A DNA stretch of 64,000 bases from an uncultured Candidatus Rokubacteria bacterium (GTDB lineage Bacteria > Methylomirabilota > Methylomirabilia > Rokubacteriales > DASRDR01), in the NCBI GenBank assembly GCA_963805625.1, contig CAWDVE010000016.1, forward strand, positions 448,001 through 512,000. The letters are read 5' to 3'. Within the stretch, counting starts at the first letter, position 1. Each line of letters starts with the position of its first letter. Positions 1 through 10,332 of the stretch are shown one piece after another. Made by a program: the position numbers and the translations under genes. Under the pieces are notes generated by a model, which saw nothing but the letters and a program-made list of their open reading frames with translations, had not been told where the DNA came from and did no database searches.

Positions 1-57
1 GGGCGAGTAGAAGTCGTACGCTCGCCGGACTTGTCCTTCCTCTAGCGAAATGTCCAC
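1..57 (-). CDS. N-terminus (runs off window) of a probable class I SAM methyltransferase, PmtA-like
   Basis: GTG at 57 after a purine-rich RBS reads MDISLEEGQVRRAYDFYSP, resembling the VxxAYxxxxPxYD start of phospholipid N-methyltransferases; only 19 codons visible. Confidence 0.4.
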   Translation of the reverse strand, partial: MDISLEEGQVRRAYDFYSP

Positions 58-181
58 ACTACCCCCTTCCGCGCCGCTCCGGACGCAAGACAGCGCAGTT
101 CTATCACGCCTGTCCCGACCTGCCAAGGAAGAATTTTGTTCGTGGACACGGATACATCGACGATGTTACGGCCGCGCCTGG

Positions 182-1540
182 CTAGGACGGCCCCAGGAAG
201 CGCAGGAACAGGGTGGCCAGACCCAGGAAGGAGAGGAAGCCCGAGCAGTCCGTGAAGGTGGTGACCACCACGCCGGTGGCCACCGCTGGGTCGACCCGAA
301 GCGCCTTCAGCGCGACCGGTACCAGGGTCCCGGCCAGCGCGGCGACCAGCATGTTGGTGATCATCGCCACGCCCAGGATGAGCCCGAGCAGGGGATCGCC
401 CTTCCAGAAGTAGGCGATCAAGCCGGCGACCGTCCCGGCCCCCACGCCGTTCGCGAGGCCGATCAGCACCTCCCGCAGGAGAATCTTGCGGGTATTGGCT
501 AGGGTGAGATCGCCGAGCGCCATGGCCCGGACGATCACCGTGAACGTCTGGATGCCGGCGTTCCCGCCCATGCCTGCCACGATGGGCATGAACACGGCCA
601 GGGCGGCCAGGGCCTGGATCGACGGCTCGAAGAGCCCGACGACGGTCGCCGCCAGCACGGCCGTCGGCAAGTTCACGAGGAGCCAGAACAGTCTTCGCCG
701 GACGACCTTGCCCGCCGGGTCGAAGATCGTCTCGTCGGCCGAGACGCCGCCCAGACGATGGATGTCCTCGGTCGCCTCCTCGTGGATGACGTCGATCACG
801 TCGTCGATGGTGACCGTGCCCAGCAGCCGCTGATTCCGGTCCACCACCGGTACCGCGAGGAGGTGGTGCTTCGTCGCCAGGCGGGCGACCTCCTCCTGGT
901 CAGTGTCGGCGGTGACGCTCACGACGTCCGTCCGCCGGATGGCGTGCACCGCGGTCGACGGGTCGGCGGTGATGAGCCGTCGCAGCGGGACAAGGCCGAC
1001 CAGGTGGTCATGGTCGTCGACGACGTAGACGTAGAAGACGCCCTCGCGCGTCACCGACTTCCGCACGTGGTCCAGCGCCTGGCCGACCGTCATCTCCTCG
1101 TGGACGGCGATGAACTCAGGCGTCATGATGCCGCCCGCCGTCGACTCGCCGTACTGGAGAAGCTCCTGGATCTCCTCCGCCTCGGCCGGCGGCATCTCGT
1201 GGAGGATGCGGGAGGCTTGCTCCTCGGGCAGGGTCTCGACCACGTCCGCCGCCTCATCGGGTGGCATCTGGTCGAGGATGCGGGAGACCTCGCCCTGGTC
1301 GAGCGCCTCCATCAGAGCGAGGCGGCTTCCGTCGTCCATCTCGTAGAGGACGGTGCCCGCCGCCTCACGCGGGAGCTGGCGAAGCACGGTGACCTGCTCG
1401 GGGAGGTCCAGCTCCCGGAGTGCCACTGCGAGGTCCTCGGGGTGCGTCTCGACCAGGAGGGCCGCGAGTTTGTCCCGATCGCCGTCCCGGAGCTGCCGGC
1501 GGATCTCCTCGAGGAGCTGGCCGGAGTCCTGGACTTCCAT
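182..1540 (-). CDS. mgtE: Magnesium transporter MgtE
   Basis: Acidic N-domain, AGGIMTPEF CBS pair, MPIVAGMGGNAGIQT and DPAVATGVVVTTFTD membrane motifs. Confidence 0.95.
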   Translation of the reverse strand: MEVQDSGQLLEEIRRQLRDGDRDKLAALLVETHPEDLAVALRELDLPEQVTVLRQLPREAAGTVLYEMDDGSRLALMEALDQGEVSRILDQMPPDEAADVVETLPEEQASRILHEMPPAEAEEIQELLQYGESTAGGIMTPEFIAVHEEMTVGQALDHVRKSVTREGVFYVYVVDDHDHLVGLVPLRRLITADPSTAVHAIRRTDVVSVTADTDQEEVARLATKHHLLAVPVVDRNQRLLGTVTIDDVIDVIHEEATEDIHRLGGVSADETIFDPAGKVVRRRLFWLLVNLPTAVLAATVVGLFEPSIQALAALAVFMPIVAGMGGNAGIQTFTVIVRAMALGDLTLANTRKILLREVLIGLANGVGAGTVAGLIAYFWKGDPLLGLILGVAMITNMLVAALAGTLVPVALKALRVDPAVATGVVVTTFTDCSGFLSFLGLATLFLRFLGPS

Positions 1541-1549
1541 CGCCCGGGT

Positions 1550-1828
1550 CTACGGGCGGAACTGGGTTGGAGCGCTCGGGGGCGGGGCGACCGGGGGGCC
1601 GGTCCGTGCCGAGGGCTTGGGCCGCCGGCTCCACTTCACTAAGCGGGCGGCCAGGCTGGCCAGCGCCGCGGCGAGCGCCCCGGTTGCCGCCGACGCGATC
1701 GTGACGACGGCGACGGACGCGGAGAGCTCCCAGTAGAGGAAGCGGACCGTGACCGCGTCGGGATTCTGGAAGGCGAAGACAGCAACCGCGAACAGGAGGA
1801 CCGCGACGACGGCGAGGAGAGCTTGCAT
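1550..1828 (-). CDS. LapA family (DUF1049) small membrane protein
   Basis: FAFQNPDAVTVRFLYW motif between two hydrophobic helices. Confidence 0.75.
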   Translation of the reverse strand: MQALLAVVAVLLFAVAVFAFQNPDAVTVRFLYWELSASVAVVTIASAATGALAAALASLAARLVKWSRRPKPSARTGPPVAPPPSAPTQFRP

Positions 1829-1831
1829 CGA

Positions 1832-2458
1832 CTAAGAGCGGAGGAGGTCCTGCGCGCCGGCCGTGCCCCTCTTGACCAGCTCGAGCTGACCATCCGGGAA
1901 GGCGCCCTTGACGACTCCGAGCGCCGGCACCTGATCGGACACCCACACGGTGCCGTTCCGGTGGGGCGCCTTGACGGCGGTGAAGCGCCCCGCCGGCACG
2001 GTGACCTCCTCCGGCGCGCCCTGGACGCCCCCCTGGCGGAGTGGCCGGAGACCGCTCTCCGGGGTGGGGATCACGCCCTTCTTGTCCCGGATGACGCTCT
2101 TCAGGGTCTTTCCCGACGCTCGGTCCACCGTGATCTGGGTGACCGAGAGGGGCGTGCCGTCCGCCGTGGGCCGCGTCACCACCTGGAGCACGTAGCTCTT
2201 CGCGTCACCGCGGACGACCGAGTAGGTGACGAAAATGGGGCGGGGCGAGGACGCCTCACGGTCGACCGACCAGGTTGTAGCCCCGCTGGCGGCGGGCTGG
2301 CGAACGAGCACCGGGACATCGACCTTGGCTGCGGATCGCCATTCGTACGTCGCCCAGCCGCCGACCGCCGGACCTTGCGCGGCCGCCTCGACAGCCACGC
2401 CGAGCGCGAGGAGAACCATCAGCGCCATGCCGCGCGGACTGATCCCTGTTCGTCGCAT
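1832..2458 (-). CDS. Exported hypothetical protein
   Basis: Signal peptide, EEVTVPAGRFTA motif, start overlaps stop of upstream OmpA gene. Confidence 0.6.
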   Translation of the reverse strand: MRRTGISPRGMALMVLLALGVAVEAAAQGPAVGGWATYEWRSAAKVDVPVLVRQPAASGATTWSVDREASSPRPIFVTYSVVRGDAKSYVLQVVTRPTADGTPLSVTQITVDRASGKTLKSVIRDKKGVIPTPESGLRPLRQGGVQGAPEEVTVPAGRFTAVKAPHRNGTVWVSDQVPALGVVKGAFPDGQLELVKRGTAGAQDLLRS

Positions 2459-4065
2459 CAGCGTGCCCTCACGAGGAAGTGAGCGCGCCGGTTGATGGCC
2501 CAGGCCAGCTCGTCGTGGCCGGCATCGACCGGCTGCTGCTCACCGTAGGAAATGGTGTCCACGCGACTCGCGTCCACGCCGAGTGCGACCAGATACGCCT
2601 TGGCGGCCTGGGCCCGCTGCTCGCCGAGCGCGAGGTTGTACTCGACGGTCCCGCGCTCGTCGGCGTGGCCTTCGATCGTGACGGCGAACTGCGGGTTCGC
2701 CTTGAGCGCCTGGCCCAACTCGTCGAGGGTCGCCTTCGCGTCGTCGGTGAGGGCGTACTGGTCGAACTGGAAGTTGACGTCCCGGAGCGCCGAGCGGAGC
2801 GACGGCGGGAGCGCGGCCGGGGGCAACCCGGCAACAGGACCTGGGGCGCCGGGAGCTCCGGGGGCTCCAGGCGTGCCAGGGGCCGCACCGGGAGCACCGG
2901 GCGCGCCTGGCGCCGTCGCGCCGGGAGCTCCGGGGGCCGCGCCCGGGGCGGCCGCACCTGGTGGGGCGCCGGGGGCGGCTCCGGCTCCTGGGGCGCCGGG
3001 AGCTCCGGGGGCTCCAGGCGTGCCAGGGGCCGCACCGGGAACACCGGGCGCGCCTGGCGCCGCCGCGCCGGGAGCTCCGGGGGCCGCGCCCGGGGCGGCC
3101 GCACCGGGGACACCCGGAGCCCCCGCCCTGGGTGCGGCGGCAGCCTTCGCGCCGAACGGCGTGCCGACGTTCATCTGATAGCTGACGAGGGCGAAGGCGC
3201 CCCAGTCAGGCGCGTCGTTGGTGAAGCCCTTGCGGCCCGCCAGGCTGATCAGGAAGTTGCCGAACCGGAGCCGCACGCCCGCGTTCATCCCTGCGATCCA
3301 GTCCGAGTGCCGGTCATCGTCTGTCCGCCAGTTGGTGTTCGCCGTACCCTCCGCGACGAGCGAGACGTGCGGCGTGACCACGTACTCGAGCCCGAGCCCG
3401 GAGATGAACTGGTCCTCGACCCGGGCAGCCCCGCGGCCGTTGTACTGGTAGCCTGCGCTGGCGAACGCGGTGAGCGGCCCGACGATCGTCTTGCTGGCGG
3501 CGAGGGCGGCGCCCCCGCTCCACTCGTTGGTCCCGAGTCCTTCCGAGCGCTCGGCCGTCGGCGCCACCGCGTATCCGATCACCGAGAGCGCCGGCCGCCA
3601 GCCGCTCTCGTCGAGGAAGCGATAGCCCAGGCCGAAGCTCAGGTCGTCAGGACCGCTGCCGTTGAAGTCTGACTTGTCCGCCTCGTACCAGGTGTACGGC
3701 ACCTGGAGGGAGAGCTGGAACCGTTCGGTCAGCGCGTAGCCGAGCGCGAGGAAGAGCGTGTTCTGATCGAAGACCCCTTCCTCTTGCTGGCACACGGACC
3801 GCTGACCGAGGTAGCCGAGCCCGATCGACAGGTCCCCGCCAGAGAGCGTGTTGGCGCCGGGCACGACGAATCCGGCCGTGCCGTTGATCGGAATGTGCGG
3901 GATGGGGTCGGCCAGGGGGCGGCCCCCGGGGAGCTGCGCGAGCCCGCCGGCGGTCGAGCCCGAGCCGCACGGTGAGAACGCCAACGCTGGCGTTGCGAGA
4001 GGGATCAGGGCAAGGACCGCGACCCCGAGGAGGGCCACCCACCTGCGGTGCGTTGTCACGCTCAT
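2458..4065 (-). CDS. OmpA/Pal-domain protein with N-terminal outer-membrane beta-barrel and Gly-Ala-Pro linker
   Basis: ATG 4065 with GGAGG RBS; signal peptide; amphipathic beta strands; C-terminal FQFDQY..IEGHADERGTVEYNLALGEQRA..SYGE..NRR. Confidence 0.85.
   Translation of the reverse strand: MSVTTHRRWVALLGVAVLALIPLATPALAFSPCGSGSTAGGLAQLPGGRPLADPIPHIPINGTAGFVVPGANTLSGGDLSIGLGYLGQRSVCQQEEGVFDQNTLFLALGYALTERFQLSLQVPYTWYEADKSDFNGSGPDDLSFGLGYRFLDESGWRPALSVIGYAVAPTAERSEGLGTNEWSGGAALAASKTIVGPLTAFASAGYQYNGRGAARVEDQFISGLGLEYVVTPHVSLVAEGTANTNWRTDDDRHSDWIAGMNAGVRLRFGNFLISLAGRKGFTNDAPDWGAFALVSYQMNVGTPFGAKAAAAPRAGAPGVPGAAAPGAAPGAPGAAAPGAPGVPGAAPGTPGAPGAPGAPGAGAAPGAPPGAAAPGAAPGAPGATAPGAPGAPGAAPGTPGAPGAPGAPGPVAGLPPAALPPSLRSALRDVNFQFDQYALTDDAKATLDELGQALKANPQFAVTIEGHADERGTVEYNLALGEQRAQAAKAYLVALGVDASRVDTISYGEQQPVDAGHDELAWAINRRAHFLVRAR
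2841..3105. repeat. Near-identical ~118 bp direct repeat (2841-2958, 2988-3105) in the Gly/Ala/Pro linker
   Basis: ctggggcgccgggagctccgggggctccaggcgtgccagggg occurs twice, 147 bp apart. Confidence 0.9.
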
Positions 4066-4157
4066 CGTCCTCCGCCCGTGGACCACGGACCGTCTGCCTC
4101 GTACGGCCGACCCGAGCCCCCGAGGCCATCGGAGGCCCCGCCGCCACACCTGACGGC

Positions 4158-4185
4158 AGCATAGCATCGTACGCGCGGCGGGCAA
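4158..4185 (-). promoter_or_regulatory. Putative sigma70 promoter for the OmpA operon
   Basis: TTGCCC-N16-TATGCT with extended TG. Confidence 0.4.
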
Positions 4186-4201
4186 TAGCCCTCGCGCCGG
4201 C

Positions 4202-5608
4202 TCAGGGCGCCGTGACGCTACCGTCGAGGGCCCGGACGAAGCGGTTGACGATCGCGCGCCGCATCGCGGGCGCCTCGAGCGGCCCGACGCGTGCGGCCCA
4301 GGCGCTCGCGGGGATCACCGCCTTCGCGGCCGACCGGTGGCCGCCCGCGGAGCCGAGCTCGCCGAAGGCGGTCTGCACGACGTCCCCCGCCGCCCGGACG
4401 TAACCGACGTTGCGGACCGAGATGTGGACCTCGTCGCCCGTTAGACCGGAGACGACCGACCACTCGATACCCTTGACCTGGAGGCACAGGTCCGCGAACT
4501 GCGGGATGAGATCGGGCCGGCTGACCCGGCCCAGGTGGGCGAAGATGGCGTTCTGAAGGATCGTGCGGTGGACCAGGGCGTCGCCCAGCGCGTCGAGAGC
4601 GTCGAGCGGGAGCTCGGGGCGCTCGATCCGGCGCAGGATGTTGTGGTTGGCCAGCCCGTAGAGGTACGCGAAGGCATCCATGTCCGCCCGGGTGCCGCCA
4701 CGCTCGAGGTGGAGCGTGTCGGTCTTGATGCCGTAGAAGAGAGCTGTCGCGACCCGCTCCGTGATCTTCACCTCGGCCGCACGCAGGTACTCGGTCATGA
4801 TGGTCGACGTGGCGCCGTACGTTGGCCGCACGTCCCGAAATGGCGCGCGCCAGCCCTTCGCCTCCGGATGGTGGTCGATGACGACCGCGATCTGCGGGAG
4901 CGCCTCCTCGCAGAACGTGGGCTGGACGTCCACCATCGCCAGCGCGTCGTAGGCGCGGAGCCCCTCGGGGGTGATCTGGTCGACCTCGATCTCGAGCGCT
5001 TCCACCATCGCGAGGTTCTCCGGCCGCGTCACCCGGCCGAACGACAGGAGCGGGGCCGTCGCCCGCGTGCGGCCGAGCAGGGATCGGAGCGCGAGACCGG
5101 AGGCCATCGCGTCCGGATCGGGATCGTCCTGCAGGAGGATGCCGACACGGTCCTTCCCGGCGAGGAGGTGCCGCATCTGCTCGATACGAACGCGAAGAAG
5201 CGCGCGGTCCATCTCGGGACGCAGGACGTCCCGCATCGTGCGCCCGAGCATCACGGTGCTCACGTTCGGATGGTGCGGCAGGGACGGTGGCCGGGCGCCC
5301 TGGTGGACGACGAGGACGGGCACCTCGGGTACCACCTCGAGGATTGTCTCCAGGATCCGGACCAGGCTCGGGCCTCGCCGGGGTCGCTCCGGGGCCATCA
5401 GCATGACGAGATCACCCGCCGAGAGGTGAGCGCGCCGATAGAGGCCCGGGTCGTCCAGCGCGCCGGCCAGCGCGCTAGCGTCGTGGCGGGCCAGACCGGT
5501 GCGCGTTTTTCCGTCGCTCACGAGGAAGACCCAGGAGTCCGACTGGCCCGAGGTTCCCTGGAAGAGACGGAACAGGAAGTCGGTGGGACACACAACGACG
5601 CGCCGCAT
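4202..5608 (-). CDS. DHH/DHHA1 family phosphoesterase with N-terminal extension
   Basis: DDPDPD, MVD, IDHH, GIKTDT and AGGH motifs. Confidence 0.88.
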   Translation of the reverse strand: MRRVVVCPTDFLFRLFQGTSGQSDSWVFLVSDGKTRTGLARHDASALAGALDDPGLYRRAHLSAGDLVMLMAPERPRRGPSLVRILETILEVVPEVPVLVVHQGARPPSLPHHPNVSTVMLGRTMRDVLRPEMDRALLRVRIEQMRHLLAGKDRVGILLQDDPDPDAMASGLALRSLLGRTRATAPLLSFGRVTRPENLAMVEALEIEVDQITPEGLRAYDALAMVDVQPTFCEEALPQIAVVIDHHPEAKGWRAPFRDVRPTYGATSTIMTEYLRAAEVKITERVATALFYGIKTDTLHLERGGTRADMDAFAYLYGLANHNILRRIERPELPLDALDALGDALVHRTILQNAIFAHLGRVSRPDLIPQFADLCLQVKGIEWSVVSGLTGDEVHISVRNVGYVRAAGDVVQTAFGELGSAGGHRSAAKAVIPASAWAARVGPLEAPAMRRAIVNRFVRALDGSVTAP

Positions 5609-5648
5609 GGGCGGACCTTAGTCTACACCCCTCGCCCGGGCTGACCGA

Positions 5649-6851
5649 TCAGGCGCCGTACTTGGTCAGGCGCAGGGCGTGGGCCAGGATGAGCGGCATG
5701 AGGTCGTGGGCCGGCAGGATCCCGAGGCTGCCCGCCCCGCAGGCCCGCTCGGAGAAGCGCTCCACGGCATCGGGCAAGGCGTACTGACCGGCCAGCGCGA
5801 CGGGCACCGGGTGCCAAGAATGGGCCCGGAGGACCGCGGGGGTCGCGTGGTCCCCGCTGACGACGAGGACGTCGGGCCTGAGCGCTTCGATCGCAGGGAG
5901 CGCGGCGTCGAGTCGTTCCAGCGCGGCCACCTTCCCCGGGAAGTCCCCGTCCTCCCCGGCCTTGTCGGTGTCCTTGTAGTGGAGAAACACGAAGTCATAG
6001 GCGTCCCAGTGGTCCTTGAGCGTCCTCACCTCGTCGGCGAACGTACTGCCGGTCTTGAGGACGTCCATGCCGACGAGGCGGGCGAGACCGCGGTACATCG
6101 GATACGCGGCGATCGCCGCCGCCCGGAGGCCGTACACCTCCGGGAAGCGCGGGAGGGCGGGCCGCTGATCGAAGCCCCGCAGGAGCACCATGTTCGCCGG
6201 CGCGGCGTCGGCCAGGAGGGGCCGTGCCTCCGCCACGAACCGGTTGACCACGTCGGCCGTGCCCTTGGCCTCCGGGGCCTGCGCCTGCACGGGCAGCGGC
6301 GGCTGGCCGGTGGTCTGGGGGTCCGTCTCGGACAGGTGGCCTGAGAGCCCGGGCCCGCGCAGCACCAGCACGAAGCGGTGTTCCTTCACCGGCTCGACGA
6401 GGAGCTCGACCCCCGGGATGCGGATCCCGCGGAGACGATCCACCAGGGCGGCGCACCGCTCCGTCGGGATCCGGCCAGCTCGCCGGTCGGTGATGCGGCC
6501 GGCCGCATCGAGCGTGCAGAAGTTCCCCCGCGCGGCGACGTCCCCAGGCCGGAGGTCGAAGTCGATCCCCAGGGCTTCGAGGACGCCGCGCCCCACCGGA
6601 TAGCGGAGCGGCTCGTAGCCGAAGAGGCCGAGGTGCCCGGGGCCGCTTCCGGGTGTGACGCCGGGGCCGACGTGACGGAGCAGGCCGCAGGCGGACCGCC
6701 GCGCAAGGGCGTCGAGATGGGGAATCCGGGCGGTCTCCAGCTCGGACAGACCCGTGGCCGGGTCCGGGAAGCCGCCCAGCCCGTCCGCCGAGAGGAGGAC
6801 GATCTTGGTGGTCCCGGGAACGACCAGGCTCCGAATCAGATCCAACTCCAT
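5649..6851 (-). CDS. apgM: 2,3-bisphosphoglycerate-independent phosphoglycerate mutase (ApgM type)
   Basis: [36 protein letters not shown]; ATG 6851 with AGGAGG RBS. Confidence 0.92.
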   Translation of the reverse strand: MELDLIRSLVVPGTTKIVLLSADGLGGFPDPATGLSELETARIPHLDALARRSACGLLRHVGPGVTPGSGPGHLGLFGYEPLRYPVGRGVLEALGIDFDLRPGDVAARGNFCTLDAAGRITDRRAGRIPTERCAALVDRLRGIRIPGVELLVEPVKEHRFVLVLRGPGLSGHLSETDPQTTGQPPLPVQAQAPEAKGTADVVNRFVAEARPLLADAAPANMVLLRGFDQRPALPRFPEVYGLRAAAIAAYPMYRGLARLVGMDVLKTGSTFADEVRTLKDHWDAYDFVFLHYKDTDKAGEDGDFPGKVAALERLDAALPAIEALRPDVLVVSGDHATPAVLRAHSWHPVPVALAGQYALPDAVERFSERACGAGSLGILPAHDLMPLILAHALRLTKYGA

Positions 6852-7044
6852 CGCGACCCGCCTCCTGCGGCTGCAGAGTCTAGCACGGCCAGCCGGCGGT
6901 CGGCGCAGCGGCCCGAGGGGCCTTCCCGCCAGCTCGATCCCGCCGTCCCTGGCGGCTCGAGGATCGGGTAGAATCCTTCCGGGCCGGGCGGCTGCGGAAA
7001 CCGGTCCCCCGGATTCCCAACCTCTCGACAACGCGAGGAGCGCC

Positions 7045-8997
7045 ATGCCGAAAGCCACGCGAGGCAGTGAGCCCATCGAGGCCCTCCTGAAGGAGGGGAG
7101 GAAGTTCCCGCCGCCGAAGCCCTTTGCCAGGGCGGCGCGGGTCCGGAGCGCGGCGATCTACCGGGAGGCGCGCCGGAACCCGGTCCGGTTCTGGGAGCGC
7201 CAGGCCAAGGAGCTCCGGTGGCTCAAGCCGTGGCGGAAGGCTCTCGAGTGGAAGCTCCCCTATGCGAAGTGGTTCGTCGGCGGGAAGCTCAACGTCTCCG
7301 ACAACTGCCTGGATCGCCACGTCGAGGGTTCGCGCCGCAACAAGGCCGCGATCATCTGGGAGGGCGAGCCCGGCGACAGTCGCGTGCTGACCTACCGGGA
7401 CCTCTGGCGCGAGGTCAACCGCTTCGCCGCCGCGCTCCGGCGCCACGGCGTCAAGAAGGGTGACACCGTCACCATCTACATGCCGATGATCCCGGAGCTT
7501 CCGATCGCGATGCTCGCCTGCGCGCGCATTGGCGCGCCCCACAACGTGGTGTTCGGAGGGTTCGCGCCAGAGTCGCTCCGCGACCGGATCAACGACTGCA
7601 AGGCCAAGATCGTGATCACAGCCGACGGCAGCTACCGGCGCGGCGGGATGGTTCCCCTCAAGAAGAACACGGATGAGGCCCTCAAGGAGTGTCCACAGGT
7701 CCACACGGTCATCGTCTACAAGCGTACGGGCCAGGAGATCGGCTGGGAGTCGGACCGCGACGTCTGGTGGGACGACTTCGTGAAGGGCGCGGACGCCCAC
7801 ACGAAGCCCGAGCCGATGGACTCCGAGGACATGCTGTATCTGCTCTACACGTCCGGGTCCACCGGCAAACCGAAGGGGATCATCCACACGACCGGCGGGT
7901 ATCTGACGGGCGTGACCGCGACCCACCGCCTGATCTTCGACCTCCGCGAGGAGGACGTGTACTGGTGCACCGCCGACATCGGGTGGGTCACGGGTCACTC
8001 CTACATCGTCTACGGGCCGCTCGCCAACGGCGCGACCACGGTCTTGTACGAGGGCACGCCCGACTGGCCCGACAAGGACCGCTTCTGGCGGATCATCGAG
8101 AAATACGGCGTCACCATCCTCTACACGGCGCCGACGGCCATCCGTACCTTCGTCCGCTGGGGTGACGAGTACCCGAAGCGCTGCGATCTCTCTTCGCTTC
8201 GGCTGCTTGGCACCGTGGGCGAGCCGATCAACCCCGAGGCGTGGGTCTGGTACTGGAAGACCATCGGCGGCGGGCGCTGTCCGGTGGTGGATACCTGGTG
8301 GCAGACGGAGACCGGCCACATCCTCATCTCGCCGCTGCCCGGGGTGACGGTGACCAAGCCGGGCTCGGCGACCGTGCCCTTCCCGGGGATCGAGGCCGAG
8401 GTCGTGAACGACAAGGGCGAGCCGGCCCAGGCCGGGTACCTCGTGATCCGGCGGCCGTGGCCGGGCATGCTCCGCGGCATCTACGGCGATCCCGAGCGCT
8501 ACCAGCGCCAGTACTGGAGCCAGATCCCCGGCGTGTACTTCACCGGGGACGGCTGCAAGCGTGACAAGGACGGCTACTTCTGGCTCCTGGGGCGGATCGA
8601 CGACGTCATGAACGTCTCCGGCCACCGCGTTTCCACCATGGAGGTGGAGTCGGCGCTCGTCGACCACTCGGCGGTCGCCGAGGCTGCGGTGATCGGGCGG
8701 CCACACGACATCAAGGGGCAGGCGATCGCGGCCTTCGTCACGATCAAGCACGGGGTCCCAACGTCGGACGCCCTCAAGGACGAGCTCAGGCAGCACGTCG
8801 CCAAGAAGATCGGGGCCCTGGCGCGGCCGGACGACGTGATCTACGCGGCGGAGCTTCCCAAGACGCGGAGCGGCAAAATCATGCGGCGGCTGCTCCGCGA
8901 CGTGGCCGAGGGGCGCGCCCTCGGCGACACGACCACGCTGGCCGATCCGGCCGTGGTCGCCACGCTCAAGCACCAGTACGAGGATCGCGAAGGCTAG
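7045..8997 (+). CDS. acs: Acetyl-CoA synthetase
   Basis: [31 protein letters not shown]; ATG 7045 after GAGGAG. Confidence 0.96.
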   Translation: MPKATRGSEPIEALLKEGRKFPPPKPFARAARVRSAAIYREARRNPVRFWERQAKELRWLKPWRKALEWKLPYAKWFVGGKLNVSDNCLDRHVEGSRRNKAAIIWEGEPGDSRVLTYRDLWREVNRFAAALRRHGVKKGDTVTIYMPMIPELPIAMLACARIGAPHNVVFGGFAPESLRDRINDCKAKIVITADGSYRRGGMVPLKKNTDEALKECPQVHTVIVYKRTGQEIGWESDRDVWWDDFVKGADAHTKPEPMDSEDMLYLLYTSGSTGKPKGIIHTTGGYLTGVTATHRLIFDLREEDVYWCTADIGWVTGHSYIVYGPLANGATTVLYEGTPDWPDKDRFWRIIEKYGVTILYTAPTAIRTFVRWGDEYPKRCDLSSLRLLGTVGEPINPEAWVWYWKTIGGGRCPVVDTWWQTETGHILISPLPGVTVTKPGSATVPFPGIEAEVVNDKGEPAQAGYLVIRRPWPGMLRGIYGDPERYQRQYWSQIPGVYFTGDGCKRDKDGYFWLLGRIDDVMNVSGHRVSTMEVESALVDHSAVAEAAVIGRPHDIKGQAIAAFVTIKHGVPTSDALKDELRQHVAKKIGALARPDDVIYAAELPKTRSGKIMRRLLRDVAEGRALGDTTTLADPAVVATLKHQYEDREG

Positions 8998-9000
8998 CGG

Positions 9001-10194
9001 TCAGCGGCGGCCGCCGGCGAGCAGGGCGCTGTCGGGCAGCCGGCGGAGCCGCGCCATCGCGAGCGTGCCCAGGACGGGCCCGGGGGCCAGGAACGCGAAG
9101 GCCCACGGCCAGCCCCAGGCCTCGACCGCCCGAGGCACGAGCCAGGTCGAGACCAGCGTGAGCAGGAACCCCAGGCTTGTCTGGAGTGACAGCGCCGTTC
9201 CCACGTAGGCCGGCGGGGCGAGCTCGGTGACCGCCGCCGAGAACTGGGCCGAGTCGGCGACGACGGTGAAGCCCCAGACGAGGGCCACGAGGACGAGCCA
9301 CCCGGGGCGGTCGAACGTGAACCCGATCGCCGCGGCGCACGCGCCGCTTCCCGCCATTGCCAGCATGGTCACGGCCGTGCGGCCGATGCGGTCGGCCGCG
9401 TAGCCCGCCAGGACGCAGCTCACCGCGCCGACGCCGATCACGATCGCGGTGGCGATCGCCCCGAGCCGCGAGGCTGCGGGCAGGCCCGCCCGCGTGAACG
9501 CTTCGAGGAGGTAGAGCCCGATCCAGGTCCACATGGCGTAGAGCTCCCACATGTGGCCGAAATAGCCGAGGCTGGCCAGCACGACGCCGCGGGAGCGGAC
9601 GAGCTCCTGAATGCAGCGGGGGTTGAAGGGGGCCCGGGCCTGGACGTGGGGGCCGTCGCGGACGAGCGTCGCCACGACGCCGGCGGCCCCGAGCGCCGCG
9701 AGCGACGTCCCGCCGATCACCGGCGGCCACGCGAGCCCACCCGCGACGTTGATCAGGTGGGGGACGGCTCCCCCCAGGGTGAGCGCGCCCACCAGGCTGC
9801 CGACGGCCAGGCCGCGGTCCGTCACGAACCAGCTCGCGGCGAGCTTCATGGCCGGCGGGTAGGTTCCCGCCATCGCGAGGCCAGTGAGGAACCGGCAGGC
9901 GAGGACGAGGGGCAGGGACTCGATGACGGCCAGCAGCGCCAGGTTGACCAGGGCGCCGCCGATGGCCGTGAGGACGAAGAGCCGCCGGGCGCCCACGAAG
10001 TCGGTGAGGGTGAGGACGGCACTGGCGACGGTTCCCGCGACGAAGCCGAGCGTCACGGCCATCGAGAGCCAGGCCTGCGCCCCAGTCGACATCCAGGCCG
10101 TGTGGAGGGCGGGAACGACGGCGGTGGCGGAGAACCAGAGCGAGAGCGCGCCCAGCTCGGCGAGGCAGATCCACCCGAGCATCCGCCAGCGCAT
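9001..10194 (-). CDS. MFS transporter
   Basis: Multiple TM helices; YPPAMK, GYFGHMWELYAMW, VADSAQFS motifs. Confidence 0.9.
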   Translation of the reverse strand: MRWRMLGWICLAELGALSLWFSATAVVPALHTAWMSTGAQAWLSMAVTLGFVAGTVASAVLTLTDFVGARRLFVLTAIGGALVNLALLAVIESLPLVLACRFLTGLAMAGTYPPAMKLAASWFVTDRGLAVGSLVGALTLGGAVPHLINVAGGLAWPPVIGGTSLAALGAAGVVATLVRDGPHVQARAPFNPRCIQELVRSRGVVLASLGYFGHMWELYAMWTWIGLYLLEAFTRAGLPAASRLGAIATAIVIGVGAVSCVLAGYAADRIGRTAVTMLAMAGSGACAAAIGFTFDRPGWLVLVALVWGFTVVADSAQFSAAVTELAPPAYVGTALSLQTSLGFLLTLVSTWLVPRAVEAWGWPWAFAFLAPGPVLGTLAMARLRRLPDSALLAGGRR

Positions 10195-10200
10195 GCGCGG

Positions 10201-10230
10201 ACTCTAGGGAGGTCGCCGTCTGCCTGTCAA
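10201..10230 (-). promoter_or_regulatory. Sigma70 promoter, probably giving a leaderless MFS mRNA
   Basis: TTGACA-N18-TAGAGT ending 6 nt upstream of ATG 10194; no SD. Confidence 0.6.
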
Positions 10231-10332
10231 GGCGCAGCGTGCGGCGCAGCGTGCGGCCGGGCCGGATAGAATTGGGACGCGGCCGCCAGGCGCCGGGCAC
10301 GACCCCCTGAACCGCCGACCGGAGAGGTGACG

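Noticed and set aside
2841-3105. Repeats as a possible CRISPR array
   Set aside because: In-frame coding repeat with no unique spacers and no cas genes
2552-3178. Plus-strand ORF that also encodes GAPGAP repeats
   Set aside because: Antisense shadow: GC-rich Gly/Ala/Pro codon runs read as similar residues on the other strand; the minus strand carries the real OmpA motifs
6880-8973. 697-aa antisense ORF over acs, and similar long antisense ORFs (17840-19723, 19404-21425, 32244-33908, 42311-44578)
   Set aside because: Expected in high-GC genomes with few stop codons; no motifs and fully overlapping well-supported genes
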